Notes: a model not told the origin generated them from the sequence alone. A DNA stretch of 64,000 bases from Octopus sinensis (GCF_006345805.1 NC_043009.1:9424001-9488000), one strand, 5' to 3'; counted from the stretch's first letter, positions 12,770-25,183 are shown. Numbers and translations are program-made.

Positions 12770-13250
12770 GAAAAGCTCCAGGAAGGTTCTTGCAGATGCT
12801 TTAAATCTGAGTATTGCTTCTCAGAAAATGGGCTCTTGGGGCTTAGGGGAAAATCTGCGATAATGCATCGAATAGTGATAAATCTAGACTTCTTCCTCCC
12901 TTCAGTTGTTATGACATACAAACTTCTAAAGATAAAGCAGAATTGTTGCTCAACTGTTTCCAATTATTCTACACTAGATTCTTCTGACTGTGTTCTTCCA
13001 AAGTTTCCTTCTCAGTGTGATGTTCCCTTATCTGATATGCATATAACTTCTAAAATCTGCAGCGAAGGCTGCTTCAAACCTTGTGACTTATACAGCTTCT
13101 GGTCTTGATAATATTCCTACTGTTGTATTGCAGAAGTGCTCACCTGAGCCATCTTCTATTTTGTCTAAATTCAATGAATGCTTCACTGAGTTTTCCTGTT
13201 TGGCTTACTTGGAATCAATCTGTGTTATTCCTGGTTTCAAAACTCCTGAA
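12770..13250 (+). pseudogene. Decayed CR1/L2-group LINE ORF2 linker-to-RT fragment
   Basis: Across frameshifts: SIASQKMGSW...KDKAEL...SNYSTLDSSDCVLPKFPSQCDVPLSDMHITSK...ASGLDNIPTVVLQKCSPE...VIPGFK. Confidence 0.75.
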
Positions 13251-13269
13251 TAATATTGACCTATATTAC

Positions 13270-13575
13270 CGTTGCCAGTGCCACCAGACTGGCCCTGTGC
13301 CACTGGACTGGCCCTATGCCAGTGGCATGTAAAAAGCACCATTCAAGCATGGTCGATGCCAGTACTGCCTTACTGGCTTCTGTGCCGGTGACATGTAAAA
13401 AGCACCCACTACACTCTCGGAGTGGTTGGCATTAGGGAGGGCATCCAGCTGCAGAAACTCTGCTAGATCTGATTGGAACCTGGTACAGCCTTCTGGCTTG
13501 CCAGTCTTCCGTCAAGCCGTCAAACCCATGCCAGCATGAAAAGCGGAAAGTAAACGACGATGATGATGATGATTG
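13270..13575 (+). mobile_element. RTE LINE 3'UTR copy with (GAT)n tail
   Basis: Family match including two tgcc(a/g)gtg(g/a)catgtaaaaagcacc repeats. Confidence 0.8.
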
Positions 13576-13674
13576 ACCTTAGTACTTTATAACATTTTAA
13601 CAATCATATTAGAAATGAAAAGCAATTTCTTCTTTGTCATAAGAGCTCTGTTTCTGAAATTTTGATATATGTGT

Positions 13675-14075
13675 GCAGGCATGGCTGTGTGGTAAAGAGT
13701 TTGCTTCCCAAACACATGGTTCTGGTTTCAGTCCCGTTTAGTCCCAGACACCTTGGACAATTGTGTTCTACTATATTCTCAAGCTGACCAAAGTCTTCTA
13801 AGTGGCTTTGCTTGATGGACACTGAAAGATGTGTGTTGTATATATACATATTTATTTAAGTGTGTGTCTTTGTGTCTGTGTTTGTGCCCCACTGCTGCTT
13901 GACAACTAGTGTTGGTGAGTTCACATTACCATAACTTAACGGTTAGGTGAAAGGGACCGATGGAATAAATGCCAGGCTTTGCAAAAAAGAATAATAAGTC
14001 CTGGAGAATTCATTTGACTAAAATTCTTCAAAGTGTTGCCCTAGCATGGCCACAATCTAATGACTGAAACAAGTA
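13675..14075 (+). mobile_element. Older diverged SINE family A copy
   Basis: Head gcaggcatggctgtgtggtaaag to tail tgactgaaacaagtaaa. Confidence 0.75.
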
Positions 14076-17000
14076 AATTATTACGGAGGAAAGATAGTTT
14101 GTTCTTTGTGTGTGTGTGTTTGGTAAGTATTAGTAAAAACCTATAATCAAGCAACTGCTGATATTTGTACAAATAGTGAAAATGGTAGAATAAATTTTTG
14201 CTGTGAGGAAGAAGAAAAGTTTAGTATTTTGAGCAGAACCCTTCATTGGACCTTATAGAATTAGATTTATTCCACCGTTTGGATCCTTTGTATTTCTATT
14301 TTCCAATGCAGAACCTCGCTTGTTTTACCAGATTCTACTATTTCATGAACAATTATAGACGACTGAAAAGACTTTTAGGTGTGTGTTTGTAGTCCAAGTT
14401 TGTTGTCACAGACACACATAAGAACAAAAAGAGAGAGAGACAGACAGACAGACAGAGACAGAGAGGAAGAGAAAGAAAGATAGAGATGGACAGATCGATA
14501 GTTAGATAGAAAGAGATAGATAGATAGATAGATAGATAGATTGATAGAAAGAGAGAGGGAGAAAGAGAGAGAGAGAGGCAGATACATTGATAGATAGATA
14601 GAGAGAGGGTGAGAGAGAGATTGAGAGGGATAGTAGAATAGATAGATGTATAGACAGACAGATAGACAGATAGAATGAGAGAGAGAAAGAGAGAGAGAAA
14701 GAGATACATTGATAGAAAGAGAGGGAGGGAGAGAGCAAAATTAAATTAATTTGAAAATACAATTAGAAAAAGTAGAAGTAGTAAAACTATTTTTACCATT
14801 GAAAACATCTTTTGGGAGGCAAATATGTGAACAATTTGTTAAAATAAAAAGAAAAAGAAAGAGCATGGAATAAAATACAAAACAAAGTGGGTGGAAGAGA
14901 GAAAAAAAAGAATAATCTAATCAAATAATTAGCTTCTAATTAGAACATAACAAATAATAGAAGGAACTATGTTGTGTGCCAGTACAGCAGAGTAAAAGGT
15001 AAGCTCTTGGCAAGCTGAGTACATGACCTGGTGTTGATTCCAAGTTGTATATGTTTGTTTCCTTCTTGTCTCCAATGTCCTTCCAAATAGACAAGTACAT
15101 CATCATCCACATATTGTATTTCTTCCAAACTCCACTCTACCAAAAAAGAAAAAGAAAAAAAAATATAAATATTCTGCAAAAAAAAACAAACAACCAAGCT
15201 TGTATACATACCTAGAGAAGACTGCAGCAGGAGGAGGTAACTCAAATGTCACTTCCTTGATATTTCATTGCAAAGATATGACAAGTTTCTTTCAAAAATG
15301 CACGTTATTCTTTTACTGGTTTCATACTGTGGCCATACTGGGACACCATCTTCATGGGTCTTAGTCAATTATATTAACCAAGTATTTTGTCCTTTATCTA
15401 ATTTACCGAGCTTATACAGTAAGAAAAGTTAAGTCAGCTTCGGCATAAACTACAGCAGATCAAAATATTTTAGTTTGATACTCCATCTTCCCTTCCATAC
15501 CACTGTGGCATGATTCCGTGGCTAAGAAGTTTGCTTTCCAACCACACGGTTTTAAGCTTAATTCTATGGTGTAGTTAATCCAGACATGTTTTTTCTTCTC
15601 TTTTCCTCATTCCTTTCTGTAAAAGAGCATAGGCTTGAAACATCAACAACTTGTTCCATTTTTCCTGAGTGTCAAACTAACACACCCTGTTTGTTGTTCC
15701 CTCACCTGTCTCTGTCTTTTATTTTTTGTATAATTTTGAAACAGACAAACACACACACACATTTATATCTAAGTATATATACCTCTAAAGGTTTAATTTT
15801 TTAATATGCTGGCCATTGATAAAAGGTATTTTTTAATATGCTGGCCATTGATAACATTTTTTTTTTCGAAAACATTTTACCCTACATGTAAGTATATATA
15901 TGTAGGTGTCTCTTTGTCTTGACACTGTGTAATAATTGTAAATGAGTCTCACTATTATACAAGTAGTATCATGCATTTCCAATCTTCTGCAAAAACATGT
16001 CTGGCCTTGGAGAAATATGACCTTGCTTGGAAACAGGTGAGGGCTGGTGACAGGAGAGCTATCCAGCTGTAGAAAATCTGCTTCAATAAATTCCATCCAA
16101 CCCTTGCAAGCATGAAAAACTGGTTGTTGATGATATATTTTATATACATATGAACTTCCCCACTCAGATTTCATTCGTCAAATTTTACTCACAAGGCTTT
16201 GATCTACTCAAGGCTATGGTAGGAAATACTTGTTCAAGGTTCCACTCACTAGAATTGAACTTTGAACAATATGGTTGCGAAATTGTGAATTGCTATTTAC
16301 GTAAATAAAAAGGAAAATACAATATAAAAAAAAGGCATTTGATCAACAATTGAATGTAAAACAATGTACTCTTACATTAGCTCTTTATCAAGTTATAGTA
16401 ATTCAGAGCTTTTTTTAAATTTTTTATTTCAAGCTAATGTATGTTTGTACTGCCACCTGTGTGTGTGTGTGTGTGTGTGTATGTGTGTGTGTGTGTGTGT
16501 TGGAAAACAACATGGTAAATGGTAAATATGATACCTGAAAATTGCTCCTGTAGGCATTGATTTTGAGGAAACAAAGAAATTAATAATAACAAAAAAAAAA
16601 AACTCCCAGATACTTTGTCTTTATTGATTTACCAATGTGTCATCATTATGAGATGCGAATAGTGTCTTGCAGGGTTAGATTCTTTGTTAGACATGCTACA
16701 ATACAAATTTGATTCTCAGATGATTCCTTCTACTTATTCCTTTTTCCATTTATAATTTTCATTCATAGAAACAAACTGACAAAAAAATGGTTTTTTCTTT
16801 CCCCCTTAGGATGTACAGTTTATATGAATATGAATATGAAGTCTTAGAATGAGGACCTTAACACAGTCCATACAATTCTTCTTAGTAACTGACCAAAATC
16901 ACTGAGAGGAACAGTAACTGACCACTGTCCAGAAGGTTAAAGGTTTATATTCTGTCAGTTGTGCTGAATTGTGTGAAAAAAAAAATACCTCGTTAAAACA

Positions 17001-17416
17001 ATACTTCGTTAGCAAAAGCTTTTTCAGTGAAGTTCAAAAACAATTGCCATGAATAGGCAGAGCTTCGGGCTGTTATGCACTCTTTGAATGATAAGTGTTT
17101 CACTGGCTTGTAGTGTTGAACTTAGATTCTCCCAGGGTGTGGTCGGGGGGGAAGGGGGGCATTAATATAGATTAACATCTTATTGAAGGTAAAAAAATCT
17201 TTCAGTTTTAGGACAACATACCTTCTGGATGAACAGGTTCCCTTCATTAGCTGATCACTCCATAGTCTGCAGATGAAATCAAGTACTTGACTTTTTTACC
17301 ATTATATGTGTTTATCAATGGATAACATGTCTTGTTCACTTCTAGACGAGATCAGTGATGTCCAGCTTCTGTTGACCATACCCCACTGCTGGTGCAAGCT
17401 AATAAAGGTCATTTAA

Positions 17417-17833
17417 TCCTTAACCCTTTAGTGTTTAAACTGGCCATATCCGGCCGAAGTTTTCTACCTATTTTATGTTCAAACTGACCAGATCAGGGCT
17501 CTCACACTAACCTACATTGACATTCTAAAAATAAACAATCATGTCATTGAAACCTCAAAGCTATAAGATAATGCATGATTAATTAAAAACAATTTGAGTA
17601 AAAAAATATTACATTTAACAGAGTAATCTGAACACTAAAGGGTTAAGCATTCAGATTACTCTGTCAAATGTAATGCTTATTTATTCACATTGTTTTTTAA
17701 TCAATCATGCTTCAAGATTTTTTATTTTTAGAATGACATTGTAGGATAGGTGTGAGAGGCTGGATCTGGTCAGTTTGAATATAAAATAGGTAGAATATTT
17801 GGGCCAGATATGGTTGGTTTAAGTGTCAAAGAG
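17417..17833. mobile_element. piggyBac-type MITE family 2 with a second copy (17424-17642) nested in inverted orientation
   Basis: Outer TTAA at 17413-16 and 17834-37; inner TTAA|ccctttag...ctaaaggg|TTAA. Confidence 0.8.
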
Positions 17834-18299
17834 TTAAGTATCTTGTTGTCAGTACTGACGACAAAATGTGAAACACCAGCTTAGATGAACCGTCCACTTT
17901 CTCCTGGTAACAGCAGTGAATGAAAAGAAAAACATAAACAATACAAACAGGAAACATATCTCTAAACATACAAGCAGTATTTCCTAAGTGCCACTAAGGA
18001 CTGATATTAATATGAACTGCAAGAGAGGAAGCATTAGTTTCCTGGATACAGTTTAGTAAGGACTATGAGATGATAATTCAAGAATAGGACAAGAACAATG
18101 GCCACTTCCAAAAAAACTCCACACAAGTGAACTAAGTTTTTATCAAAATAATTAAGTACAAGTAGGTATGACTAAAACAATAGTGTTTCAGACTGGATGG
18201 TTCCCTGTTAGCTTAATGGGGCTTGTATCATGATAGCTTAATGGGGCTTGTATCAAAGTACATCCTACTATTTTAAGAAAGAATATCTTGGGTGGTATC

Positions 18300-18742
18300 A
18301 GAGCAGTGAGCTAGTGAACTCATTGGACAAAATGCTTAGCAGCATTTTGTCCGTCTTTATGTTCTGAGTTCAAATTCTGCAAAGGTTGACTTTGCCTTTC
18401 TTCCTTTCACGATTGATAAAATAAGTACCAGTTGATAACTGGGGGTTGATGTAATTGACTTCTCACATCCTTTGAACTTGCTGACCCTGTGCCAAAATTC
18501 AAAACCATTATTAATGTTTTCAGTGGCAACCTTAGAGAATTGTTCACACATTGGACAGAATGCCTAGCTGTATCACTTCCAGCTTTTTACATTCTGAATC
18601 CAAATTCCACCGAGGTTGACTTTGCCTCTTGTTCTTTCAGGGTTAATAAAATAAAATGCAAGTCAAAGTCCTAGGGTTGATGTAACTGACTAACCCCCTC
18701 CCTTGAAAATTACTGACCTTCTACCAAATTTAGAAAGAAGTA
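18300..18742 (+). mobile_element. Two tandem SINE family C copies
   Basis: Repeated ttctga(g/a)t(t/c)caaattc...gttgactttgcct core. Confidence 0.75.
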
Positions 18743-18781
18743 TTAAGCTATTGTTTGGAACATAAATTAACAGGAAATTGT

Positions 18782-19448
18782 CATCATCATCATCATCATC
18801 GTTTAATGTCTGTTTTCCATGCTAGCATGGGTTGGACGGTTCAACAGGGGTCTGGGAAGCCAGGAGGCTGCACCAGGCTCCAGTCTGATCTGGCAGTGTT
18901 TCTACAGCTGGATGCCCTTCCTAACACCAACCACTCCGTGAGTGTAGTGGGTGCTTTTTACATGCCACCGGCACAGGGGCCAGAGGAGGCTGGCAAACGG
19001 CCACGATCGGTTGGTGCTTTTTACATGCCACTGGCACGGATGCCAGTCAAGGCGGCGCTGGCATCGGCCACATTCGGATAGTGCTTTTTATGTGCCACCG
19101 GCATGGGTATCACAACTATAATTTCCATTTGATTTTTATTTTGATGTACTTGACTCAATAGCACAGTAGATCACCCTATGATCCAAGATAAACATAGCAG
19201 GCCGTCCTGCGAGCCATGAACTCACTTCATTTGTTGGGTCTTTGTAGTCACAGTATATCTTCGTCATTGCCTCTGTGAGGCCCAACGTTTGAAGGTCATG
19301 CTTGACCACCTCATCCCATATCTTCCTGGGTCTTCCTCTACCCCCGGATTCCTTCAACAGTTTGGGAGTGGCACTTCTTCACACATCTCTCTTCATCCAT
19401 CCGTAGTACATGACTATACCAATGCAAACGTCTCTCCTGCATGCCACA
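18782..19448 (-). mobile_element. 5'-truncated RTE LINE: ORF C-terminus plus 3'UTR and (GAT)n tail
   Basis: CGMQERRLHWYSHVLRMDEERCVKKCHSQTVEGIRGRGRPRKIWDEVVKHDLQTLGLTEAMT, a typical RTE C-terminal domain, running into the repeated 3'UTR. Confidence 0.85.
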
Positions 19449-19581
19449 GTCGTTGCTTCATAAAGTTTGTATCATAGAACTTTGGGCCATCTCAGCACGG
19501 TTGATATGAAAAGGGCAACTAAAGTTACTGATTCCTAAATCTTGGTTTTTGAGGGAATTATTAGTAGGTACCTCCATCATC

Positions 19582-20030
19582 AAAATAACACTAGTATTTA
19601 TATAAAATCAGTTATTAATCATGCAATTTTTTTAGATTAAAGATATAATCGCTTGACAACTCTTTTGATTATGACCCAAAGAGGGAGCCAACCAGAAGTT
19701 GGGAACTCCTCACATTCAAATTCAAAACCCACCAGCTGATAATGTTTCTAAAAAATAAAAAAAATGAATTATATGAAAAGAGGAACAAACAAACAAAAAA
19801 ACGTTTAAGATCAAGACCAGTAATTTAATACATACATTTATAAAATTAAATATTCATTAATTTTCTCAGCACAGATGTACTTTTGTAGGTGCTTATGTAC
19901 TTGTAATTTGCCCCTGGTAATAAAACGTTTCCCTACTCCTACCCTAAGTGGTTGCTGAAGCTGCTAGAAATAACAGCCAAATTTTCAGCTACTTACAACC
20001 TTTTTAATAATAATAATAATAATAATGATG
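19582..20030 (+). repeat. Diverged local segmental duplicate (paralogue at 25190-25645)
   Basis: Shared taagatcaagaccagtaatttaataca...attcattaatttt core and collinear flanks. Confidence 0.85.
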
Positions 20031-20051
20031 ATGGTGATGGTGGTGGTGGTG

Positions 20052-20084
<33 letters not shown>

Positions 20085-20867
20085 TCAAGTTTTTGCCACA
20101 AGGGCAGCTTGTGGGATGTGGGGATTACATTGATCCCAGTGTGCAACTGGTACTTATTTTATCGACCCCAAAAGGATGGAAGGCAAAGTTGACCTTGGTG
20201 GAACTCAGAATGTAGTGATGGGTGAAATAATACTAAGCATTTCATTCAGCGTGCTAACAATTCTGCCAGCTCACCACCTTAATAATGATGATGATGATAT
20301 AATAATAATAATAATAATAATAACAATAATAATAATAATAATTATAATGGTTTCAAATTTTGGCACAAGGCCAGCAATTTCAGGAGACAGTGTAAGTACT
20401 CAATGCTCAACCGATACTTATTTTATCAGCCCCAAAAGAGTGAAAGGCAAAGTAGATCATAGCGGAATTTCAACCCAGAAAAGTTGTGAAACATTTTCTT
20501 CAAATGATTTTGTTAGCTCACCACCTTTTGATAATACTATTAATAATAATGGTTTCTGGTTTAGGCACAAAGCCCTCAATTTTAGGAGAGGGCTTAATCA
20601 ATATCATTGATCCCAGTACTAGACTAGTACTTTAATAATAATAATAATAATCCTTTCTGCTATAGACACATGGCCTGAAATTCTGTGGGTGAGGTCTAAT
20701 CAATAACATCAGCCCCAGTGCTCAACTGGTACTTATTTTATCAATTCCAAAAGTATGAAAGGTAAAGTCAACCTCAGTGGAATTTGATCTCAGAAAGTTA
20801 AGATGGATGAAATACTGCTAAGCATTTTGTTCAACATGCTACCAGTTCTACCAAGCTCGCTGCCTTG
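20085..20867 (-). mobile_element. Head-to-tail array of about 4 SINE family C copies separated by (AAT)n
   Basis: Repeated ggcacaaggcc...tgaaaggcaaagt...ttctgccagctc blocks. Confidence 0.8.
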
Positions 20868-20905
20868 ATAATAATCATGATGATGGTGCTGCTGCTGTTG
20901 CTGTT

Positions 20906-21231
20906 GAGCGAATGGTCTTCGTCCCAGAGCTCGCAAGATGGGAGAAGTTCGAAACGTGGTCTTTTGCTATTCGTAAGACCCGCAGAAGAGAAAGCAGGTC
21001 AACCCCCGACACCGAGAGCATCGACGGATGGATGAATGCGCATCCAGGCTCAGCGGTTGCGTAGGAAGTCGGAGACAAGAAACAGGAAGAAAGAGTGAGA
21101 GAAAGTTGGAGCCGCGTGGAGCTTTAGGTGTTTTCGCTCAATAAACACACACAACGCCCGGTCTGGGAATTGAAACCGCGGTCGGAGGATCGTGAGTCCG
21201 CTGCTCTAACCACTGGGCCATTGCGCCTCCA
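20906..21231 (-). mobile_element. tRNA-derived SINE family D variant (CpG-rich, probably young)
   Basis: Head ggaggcgcaatggcccagtggttagagcagcggactc...ggtttcaattccc on the minus strand. Confidence 0.8.
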
Positions 21232-21597
21232 CTTTGCTGCTGCTGTTGCTGGTGGTGGTTTCTTTTATTTACAACAAAAACAGGAGATGGGTGGGAGGCA
21301 CTAAAAAGACAGTTTACTATTTGTATGAGGGTTTGCCATCCAAAGATGAAAGGAAGAATGAGAGGCGGGGAATGCAATACAAACAAGTGTATTCATAATG
21401 TTCAAAATATGTGAACATATGGCTGATGCATTCCTCTCAATAGAGGAGAGCTTCCAAATTAGCCAATCAAAAAAAAAAAAAAAAAATCCTTACAGCCACT
21501 CTTTACCCTGCAGACTCGATAAAGATTTTGGAGTGTAAGTCATTTGTGCATCACTACCTCCTGTTTGTATTGAGCATTTCTGGATTTCACCAGTTCA

Positions 21598-21661
<64 letters not shown>

Positions 21662-21747
21662 GATAGATAGATATGTGACCTCGTGTGTACCTTTAGCGAT
21701 TTTTTTTTTCCTCTGTCTTCCCTTCTCTGGATCTTTCCTTCTCCTAT

Positions 21748-21782
21748 GTTTCCGACGAAGAGCTCCGCTCGAAACGTTAAAC
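21748..21782 (+). ncRNA. Minimal type I hammerhead-like motif (core variant CCGACGA) in a Penelope-like repeat at about 21676-21880
   Basis: GUUU-CCGACGA-A-GAGC-UCC-GCUC-GAA-ACGU-U-AAAC. Confidence 0.65.
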
Positions 21783-22230
21783 CCTCCTTCTTTCCTTATT
21801 TCCTGAGCGTCCAATAATACTACATTTGTTCCACTTCCTCGCGTTGTTGTGTTTTTTTGTACTTTCTTGTTTGGATTAACTATATATATATATAATCATA
21901 TATTTAATTTTATTTGTTAGGGAATAAAAATTCCGGCATAACAGGGTTTCAAATTATTCTTAAAGAAGAAATATATATTTTCATCTAGAGATAGTAGGCC
22001 CCTTATGAAACCCATGTAGCCAAGTTATAAAGTAGTAGGTATTTAAAATAAAAATTCTTTTTTATATGGTGAGATGAAGGGGCCTACTATCTCTAAATGA
22101 AAATATATAATCATATATATATATAATTGAAAAATAAGATAAAATCTTCATAAGAATTTATCAAGTAGCTAGTGTGAAAAACCTCATAAGGGAAAAATCC
22201 ATCAATTATTCCTCTTAAATAGATTTTTTT

Positions 22231-22411
22231 ATATTAAGGGCATTACTATACATAATGCCTCACGCTAGGAGAGACTCTAAAAGTCAAAACTACCATAATA
22301 AATATACACATTGTACCGAATTCAGTACAATGTGTTTATTTATTATGGTAGTTTTGACTTTAAGAGTCCCTCCTAGCATGAGGCATTTATGTATAGTAAT
22401 GCCCTTAATAT
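22231..22411. repeat. Near-perfect 181-bp palindrome (loopless fold-back)
   Basis: Arms of about 90 bp centred on gaattc at 22318-22323; by eye 5 substitutions and 1 indel. Confidence 0.9.
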
Positions 22412-22922
22412 ATATATATATATATTATCAGGACAATTACACCCCATAGGACAATTCACCCAATGACAACTACCTCCAGGACAATTACCCCCTCTCTAAT
22501 ATATCGACTTTGCCTTTCATCCTTTCGAGGTCATCATCTGTTGTCCTCAGGGGTGATTGTCCTTGGTGAGGTTATTGTCCATGGAGGGTAAATGTCCGAG
22601 ACTCATATATATATATATGTATGGGTATGTATGTGTATGTTTGTGTCTCCTTGTTTTGACATCATGTGATAGGTGTAAATGATTGTCCTGATCATACAAG
22701 CAATTTCATGCATTTCTAATATTCTGCAAAAAACATGTATGGTTGTGAAGAAATATTATCTTGCTTACAAGCAGGTGAGGGCTGATAACAGGAAGGACAT
22801 TTGGCCATAGAAAATCTGCCTCAATAAACTCCATCCAACCCATACAGGAATGGAAACATGGACATTAAAATATGATGATGATGATGAAGACAAAAAAATA
22901 ATGTAGTCCCAGATACACTAAG

Positions 22923-23125
22923 CATCATCATCATCATCATCATCATCATCGTTTAGCGTCCGCTTTCCATGCTAGCATGGGTTGGACGGGTCAACTGGGG
23001 TCTGTGAAGCTGGAAGGCTTCGTCAGGCCCAGTCAGATCTGGCAGTGTTTCTACGGCTGGATGCCCTTCCTAACGCCAACCACTCCGCGAGTGTAGTGGG
23101 TGTTTTTTTACGTGCCACCTGCACA
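22923..23125 (-). mobile_element. RTE LINE 3'UTR copy
   Basis: (CAT)n then cgtttagcgtccgctttccatgctagcatgggttggacgg. Confidence 0.8.
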
Positions 23126-23464
23126 GAGCATGAAAATATAAAATAGGATGGTGCTTTCTAAATAGGCCTGATGGATCAGAGCCAGCCTAGGGTCAAACAA
23201 TAACAACAACAGTTTTATATTGATATACAGTGATGAAGGTTCGCTAACCTGGTAGACTCTTTTGTTAAGCTATATTTATGGGATAATTTTTGAACTTGGT
23301 ACCCTAACAAAACCTCATAGTTGAAAACTTTGTCTTAGTTTATTTTATGTAAAGTTGTTATTGTTGTTTGTCACCAGATCTACTCTGCCCTAATCAAGCA
23401 CATCTTTGATCAGAAGCTTCCCTGCCATGACCATCATCCCATGTTTTTTTTTTTTTTTTCACCA

Positions 23465-23873
23465 GTGCAGGAGTGGCTGTGTGGTAAGTAGCTTGTTTAC
23501 CAACCACATGGTTCCGGGTTCAGTCCCACTGCGTGGCACCTTGGGCAAGTGTCTTCTACTATAGCCTCGGGCCGACCAAAGCCTTGTGAGTGGATTTGGT
23601 AGACGGAAACTGAAAGAAGCCCGTCATATATATGTATATATATATATGTGTGTGTGTGTTTGTGTGTCTGTGTTTGTCCCCCTAGCATTGCTTGACAACC
23701 GATGCTGGTGTGTTTATGTCCCTGTTACTTAGCGGTTCTGCAAAAGGGACCGATAAAATAAGTACTGGGCTTACAAAAAGAATAAGACCCAGGGTCGAGT
23801 TGCTTGATTAAAGGCAGTGCTCCAGCATGGCCGCAGTCAAATGACTGAAACAAGTAAAAGAGTAAAAGAGTAA
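23465..23873 (+). mobile_element. tRNA-derived SINE family A (full length)
   Basis: Complete head, body and aagagtaaaagagtaaa tail. Confidence 0.9.
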
Positions 23874-24366
23874 ATTTACCTTATCTATATCAGCACTTAC
23901 CCATTTTTAAGCAGTAGGGTGTGATTTGGGAAAATTTGGCAGTTATTTCTAGCAGATCAGTTTGAACATGTTGAGGTTCCCACTTTGACTCTTTGAAAGT
24001 TAATTGAAACACATAAGCAGATTACTTCATTAGAAATATGGTCACAAAAGGATTAACCTCACAGCTCACTGCCATATGCTTCTCTATTTCAGTGTTTACA
24101 ACTTTAACCCCTTAACATTCAGATTACTCTCTCTCCCAAGTCCAATTCTTATTTATTCACATAGTTTTGAATTAATCATGCAACATAGGCATAAGAGTGG
24201 CTGTGTGGTAAGTAGCTTGCTTACAAACCACATGGTTCCGGGTTCAGACCCACTGCGTGGCACCTTGGGCAAGTGTCTTCTACTATAGCCTTGGGCCGAC
24301 CAAAGCCTTGTGAGTGGATTTGGTAGACGGAAACTGAAAGAAGCCCATCGTATATATGTGTGTGTA

Positions 24367-24400
<34 letters not shown>

Positions 24401-24808
24401 ACCAAATTCACTGACAAGGCATTAGTTGACCTGGGGTTATAGTAGAAGACACTTACTGAAGATGTCATGCAGTGGGACTGAACCCGAAACCACATGGTTG
24501 CAAAGTGAGCAACCACACAGAAGTAAAGGTAAAGCTACCTTCTTGTGTGGTGTCAACACATAAGGGCCAGTTTTCCAATTTCCTTGGCATATATATTTCC
24601 CTACCTGGATGGGATGCCAGTCTGTCACAGGGTTACTCATGTTTGCCAGCTGAGTGGACTGGAGCAATGTGAAATGGAGTGTTTTGCTCAAAAACACCTG
24701 TCACCTGGCCCAGGAATCAAAACCACAATATTACGATCATGAATCCAACACCTTAACCATTGAGCCACACACCTCCACAACCACACAGCAATGCTTGTGA
24801 CTAATTAA

Positions 24809-25183
24809 TCATCATCATCATTGTTCAACCGTGGTCGAGACAATGGAATTTACTATGTTACGCCAGACTTCACGGTCCATCATAGCATTACGGAGGTCCT
24901 GTTGCTGGATGCCAGTATCCCTAGAGATTACATCAGGGTAGGAGAGTGTGCGCCCTCTGGTATCGCGAGCAGATGGCTTCCAGAGGAGAAGAGAAGAAAT
25001 TACCTCGTTTTCAGCTCTACAACAATGTCCAGCAAACTGGACTCTTCTACCTTTCACAAGAGATGATACAGGTGGTAGTTTCCCATATATTTGTACTTTG
25101 GTTGGATGACGCTTCCACGAGAGATTTTGAGCTCTCATGAGGAGGCGAGTGCAAGTTCCATCCAACCGCCTCTCAAGCTTCTT
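24809..25183 (-). mobile_element. 5'-truncated RTE-clade LINE (second family): ORF C-terminus directly followed by a (TGA)n tail
   Basis: LDGTCTRLLMRAQNLSWKRHPT...RRVQFAGHCCR...AMMDREVWR; target-site duplication ctaattaa at 24801-24808 and 25184-25191. Confidence 0.85.

Noticed and set aside
14967-15290. Minus-strand exon-intron-like arrangement (TAG|gtatgt ... ttttggtag|) with ORF EWSLEEIQYVDDDVLVYLEGHW
   Set aside because: Could not join the pieces into a consistent open frame or recognise a domain; may merit an RNA-seq look but is unsupported
17222-17908. Possible minus-strand exon split by the MITEs, containing a Sushi-like CTSSGVWS
   Set aside because: Rejoined sequence has several stops in every frame and the motif is too short to be significant
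18209-18256. Short perfect tandem duplications (also near 6463, 15798, 48316)
   Set aside because: Ordinary 17-30 bp slippage duplications
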